Part shown: in pieces, positions 60,839 to 64,000 of the stretch
How positions within the stretch are numbered: position 1 is the first letter of the stretch
Layout of the letters: every line of letters begins with the position of its first letter
Notes under the pieces: model-generated
Seen by the model: only the letters and a program-made list of their open reading frames with translations
Databases searched by the model: none
Told to the model about the DNA's origin: nothing
Source of the DNA: Adineta vaga
Lineage: Eukaryota > Animalia > Rotifera
NCBI GenBank assembly: GCA_021613535.1
Contig: CP075492.1
Location: forward strand, 18,848,001-18,912,000
Direction of reading: 5' to 3'
DNA: 64,000 nt
Translations under genes and position numbers: made by a program

Positions 60839-60905
60839 TTGAGAATGTGGGTGTGATTGAAGATTCAGTAAGAACCAAACTCACACAGACTCACACTATC
60901 ACCCT
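60839..60905. repeat. Degenerate telomere-like palindromic element
   Basis: (AATC)TTGAGAATGTGGGTGTGA...CTCACACAGACTCACACTATCACCCT. Confidence 0.6.
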
Positions 60906-61769
60906 GTAAAAACCAGTTTTTTAAACTTATCAAAGACGCCTTGATTACTCTTCACTAAGAAATGGTACACAAGTTTGAAGTTCATATTTAGAAAGAGCAG
61001 AATATGGTGAGTCTTACTATCTAGTTTTCACTGATCTAAATTGTTTTCAAAAGATCAAAAAACGAAGGAACATTTGTCCTAGGACTTTTACAACAGATGT
61101 TACGTATTTTCGAATTTTATTATTTAAATGTTCAGACACATAAAATGAGTTATCTTTACAAGATCTATATTTTAGTTGCGTTATATCTTAAACTGATATA
61201 CCTTTGTAACTCTTTTCATTTCCAATACTTCTATTGCGTTCAAGATTTTATCTTGTAAGCGTTTTAACGTGTATAATGACGTTTCATATAGTCATTCAAT
61301 TATACTTAATAGAAGTGATCATTTATCTAGACCAATTGCATACAAAACATTCTTCTTTCTTTTCTATTAGTATATGAATATATGAAATATATTTTCTCTC
61401 TTGAAGCAGCTTTTGCGTAAAAATCGCATTCTCAGATGGTGAAAACAGCGAAAAATTCAGATTCAAAAAGAATACTAAGTATAAATATGTGCTGTTTTCA
61501 AGAGTCCGATACAATTTGCCGACAGTTGTATTTTGCTAAAACCTTTTTTGTCAATAAAATGATGATATCTTAGTCCAGTGAGTCTAGTAGTTTCCAGAGT
61601 ACCATATATAAAAACAATCGATCCATCTCTTTTATTACAATTTTAGTATCATTTGTATTTTGTTAAATTAATTGTAATTTTATAGAAATCTTCATATGAT
61701 TAAACTATTTGATCAAAAACTTAAACTTGATGTTGTAAACTAAAAGAAACATGTCTTTTTATCAATATC

Positions 61770-62040
61770 GATCAATACAATTCAGTACTTTTCAGACGAA
61801 CACCACTATTTCCACCAGTAACTAATATTTTTTCATTTGATAAGATGGATGCTCTATGCAAATGTCGTGCGACACTCATATTTGTAATCATTGTCCAACT
61901 ATTTGTCGTAGGATCATATAATTCAGCACTCTTCAGACTAACACCATTATATCCACCAGTTACTAATACTTCTCCATTTGATAAGGTAACTGATGCATGA
62001 GATCGTCATTCGACACTTATATTTCCAATCATTGTCCATT
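61770..62040 (-). pseudogene. Kelch-repeat remnant (two repeats)
   Basis: WTMIGNISVE*RSHASVTLSNGEVLVTGGYNGVSLKSAELYDP..RHLHRASILSNEKILVTGG, with stops. Confidence 0.7.
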
Positions 62041-62466
62041 CTAAATACAAAAAAAAGAATTTCAGTAAAAGAAAAAAAGTATTATGTTTTAAAACATGTT
62101 TGTGTTAATTAATTGAAAATAAGTGCAAGACTATCAACACATTTGTTTTCTTTGTTGTGAAAGAGCGACTTGTCAGAACAGAAATATCTATACCGTTTTC
62201 CTATCATTAATAAATGTGTATCTATAAGTTATGCAGTCACTATAAACACCGATTTTGAAAAAGACTTGGAGAAAATAGACAGTCAGCAGAGACCAAAAAA
62301 TCATTTCCTTCAACACAGCCAACCATAATCTCTCCTAAAATCCACACAAGTAGAGTAGCTTGTTTCCACAACCAGAACGCAAAGTTACACGATCTACATT
62401 TTTCCAAAATAAAGTGAGATACCCATATCAGGCGTTTGCCGTACAAACGACAGTGGAACATAAAAC

Positions 62467-62603
62467 TCAAGGGAGAAAAGCGAGACTTCCGTACTTCGAA
62501 GTATCGTGGAAGTATGAGGAAGTATTATAGAAGTATGTGGAAGTGCGGTGGAAGTATGACGAAGTACGATGGAAGTACAGAAGTCTCGCTTTTTCCCCCT
62601 TGA
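62467..62603. mobile_element. MITE with ~24-bp TIRs and internal GAAGTA tandem motifs
   Basis: TCAAGGGAGAAAAGCGAGACTTC...GAAGTCTCGCTTTTTCCCCCTTGA enclosing ~8 GAAGT(A) units. Confidence 0.8.
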
Positions 62604-62978
62604 TGAAACTCATTTTCCCATCGTCGTTGGTTTTCCATCGTTTATAACTTTTCTCATTTAGAGTTGCATAAGAAATCGTTTTTTAACAAAATAAATCTAT
62701 TTCTTTAGAGATGCAGACCTATTTTTGCTCAAAATATCTCCTGTCACCTCTTTTTCAATGACTGCATGGCACTCATCGCATTTCCCTAGCTTATCTATTA
62801 GTTGTTTTTGAATAAGAACGGTTATTGTCCTTAACGATATATAAAAGGAGATGTGATAGACATTTAAGCTCATTTTTTGAATTCTCAACTATCAGATTAT
62901 TTGATATTTTAACAATTAATTTCGAAAGGTAAGTAATACTGAACCTATGCATGAGTCACCTCAAATATGGCTTATATA

Positions 62979-63250
62979 CAGGATGAGTCATCCAAAAGAT
63001 GAGTCGGCACCAAGTATGTAGCCTGGATGTGGATCAATCAAATTTAACATGCCGTTTTTTCCGGCCACTGAAGTTCGAGATGCTTTTTCAGTTAAATAAT
63101 GAGTGCTGAGTGATTATTCGCGATGGGTGATAGGTGGGTAAGTGACGCCGATAGGCGGGAAAAGAATCGGCGGTGATCGCTGAAACTGTGCGCTCGCTGG
63201 CATTCATTAATTTTTTGTACATTATCTTATTTGAAAATGATGGTTTTTTA
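62979..63250. mobile_element. Partial Tc1/mariner-like element end
   Basis: TA|CAGGATGAGTCATCC terminus followed by GC-rich non-coding sequence; other end not found. Confidence 0.35.
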
Positions 63251-63281
63251 TACATTCTTTTGTGCGTTTATAAATCTTCTA

Positions 63282-63615
63282 TCTATCTACGTATATAAAG
63301 AAGAAAGTTCGTTTATCTGTCCATCTGTTTGTTCGCTATGCGTTCAGTGCGTTTAATAGCCACGATCACCAAACTTTCCACGACGCTTCTCTAAGCCCAC
63401 AGGAAGATCGACATCTATTTTTTTCCGAAAAAAATAAATCTTAAGCTTGCTATGAGCAATCTAAGAAACTGACCAATAGGATTGCACCATTTCAAAAAAT
63501 TAAAATAATTGATAGCGACGGCGGACGAAGGCCGTCGGAGCGCACATCTGCGATAATTTACACGTTCTATACCAAACTATCTTAATTTGTAGCGGATGCG
63601 TCCGCTATCTTCTAT
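63282..63615 (+). mobile_element. Non-autonomous Helitron
   Basis: 5' A|TCTATCTACGTATATAAAG..TCTGTCCATCTGTTTGTTCGCTATGCG; 3' hairpin TAGCGGA-TGCG-TCCGCTA followed by TCTTCTAT (CTRR-like). Confidence 0.65.
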
Positions 63616-63620
63616 CCATA

Positions 63621-63782
63621 CCCATGTCGAACGTTCCGGTGTCCGGATCCTGCGGAAAAGCACAGAAAATTGATTGGAGTTCGCCGGAAAAATCCGAAAA
63701 CTTCCGCTCGGAATACTGCTTCCATGTTCCAGCGATTTCCAGTACTTTCCTGCCGGATCCGGCCCCTATTGTTTGACCTGGG
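63621..63782. mobile_element. MITE with CCCAG-type TIRs
   Basis: CCCATGTCGAAC...GTTTGACCTGGG; GC-rich interior with CCGGATCC motifs. Confidence 0.75.
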
Positions 63783-64000
63783 TTATATTTTATTGTTTTC
63801 TTTTTCAATATTTTAATATATGTATATTCTAGTAACAAAACAATCGTGAATGAATTTGTTGAAAAAATATTGAAAGTAAGAAAGAATATATGAGTGTATA
63901 TGAAATTATCGCAAGTGTTGATTTTAACATTTATTCTCAAAAAATTGCTTTTTATCGAAGACACAAAGTACTTGAATATTTTTATTCGTTTCTATTTTGT

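Noticed and set aside
870-60905. Palindromic elements as a CRISPR array or bacterial rho-independent terminators
   Set aside because: They are dispersed kilobases apart rather than tandem, there are no cas genes, there are no consistent U-tracts, and the context is eukaryotic and intron-containing.
63605-63964. 119-aa ORF
   Set aside because: It reads through a MITE and AT-rich flank, so it is not a credible gene.

Overview
AT-rich eukaryotic genomic DNA with many short (~45-70 nt) GT-AG introns. The gene content (B-box/coiled-coil-NHL, PAN-EGF, F-box/LRR, TIR-SAM and kelch expansions, plus intronless bacterial-like enzymes) most resembles a bdelloid rotifer such as Adineta; this taxonomic call is an inference. 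The window holds about 25 genes and pseudogenes. Two coding regions are missed by the ORF track: a ferritin and a cytochrome b5 domain fused to a B-box/coiled-coil exon. Others include a SEN1/UPF1-like helicase, a Cys-rich surface protein, NHL proteins, an LRR receptor, a sirtuin, a GPCR, an epimerase-glycosyltransferase-like fusion, an NmrA-like SDR, a mucin-like protein and kelch proteins. At least seven genes are disrupted, and several MITE/Helitron remnants are present. The strongest unexplained signals are: (1) a family of ~12 short intergenic palindromes with conserved telomere-like arms (ATCTTGAGGGTGTGGGTGTG...CACACCCACACCCTCAAGAT) around unrelated spacers, often bracketing single genes; (2) a tandem 48-aa-repeat polyprotein predicted to release five amidated, cationic, antimicrobial-like peptides; (3) an inverted pair of B-box-NHL paralogs whose differences cluster as whole-codon swaps at equivalent positions in each propeller blade; (4) phase-1 exon shuffling of N-terminal modules onto different C-terminal domains. 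All splice models and family calls were made by eye, without database searches.
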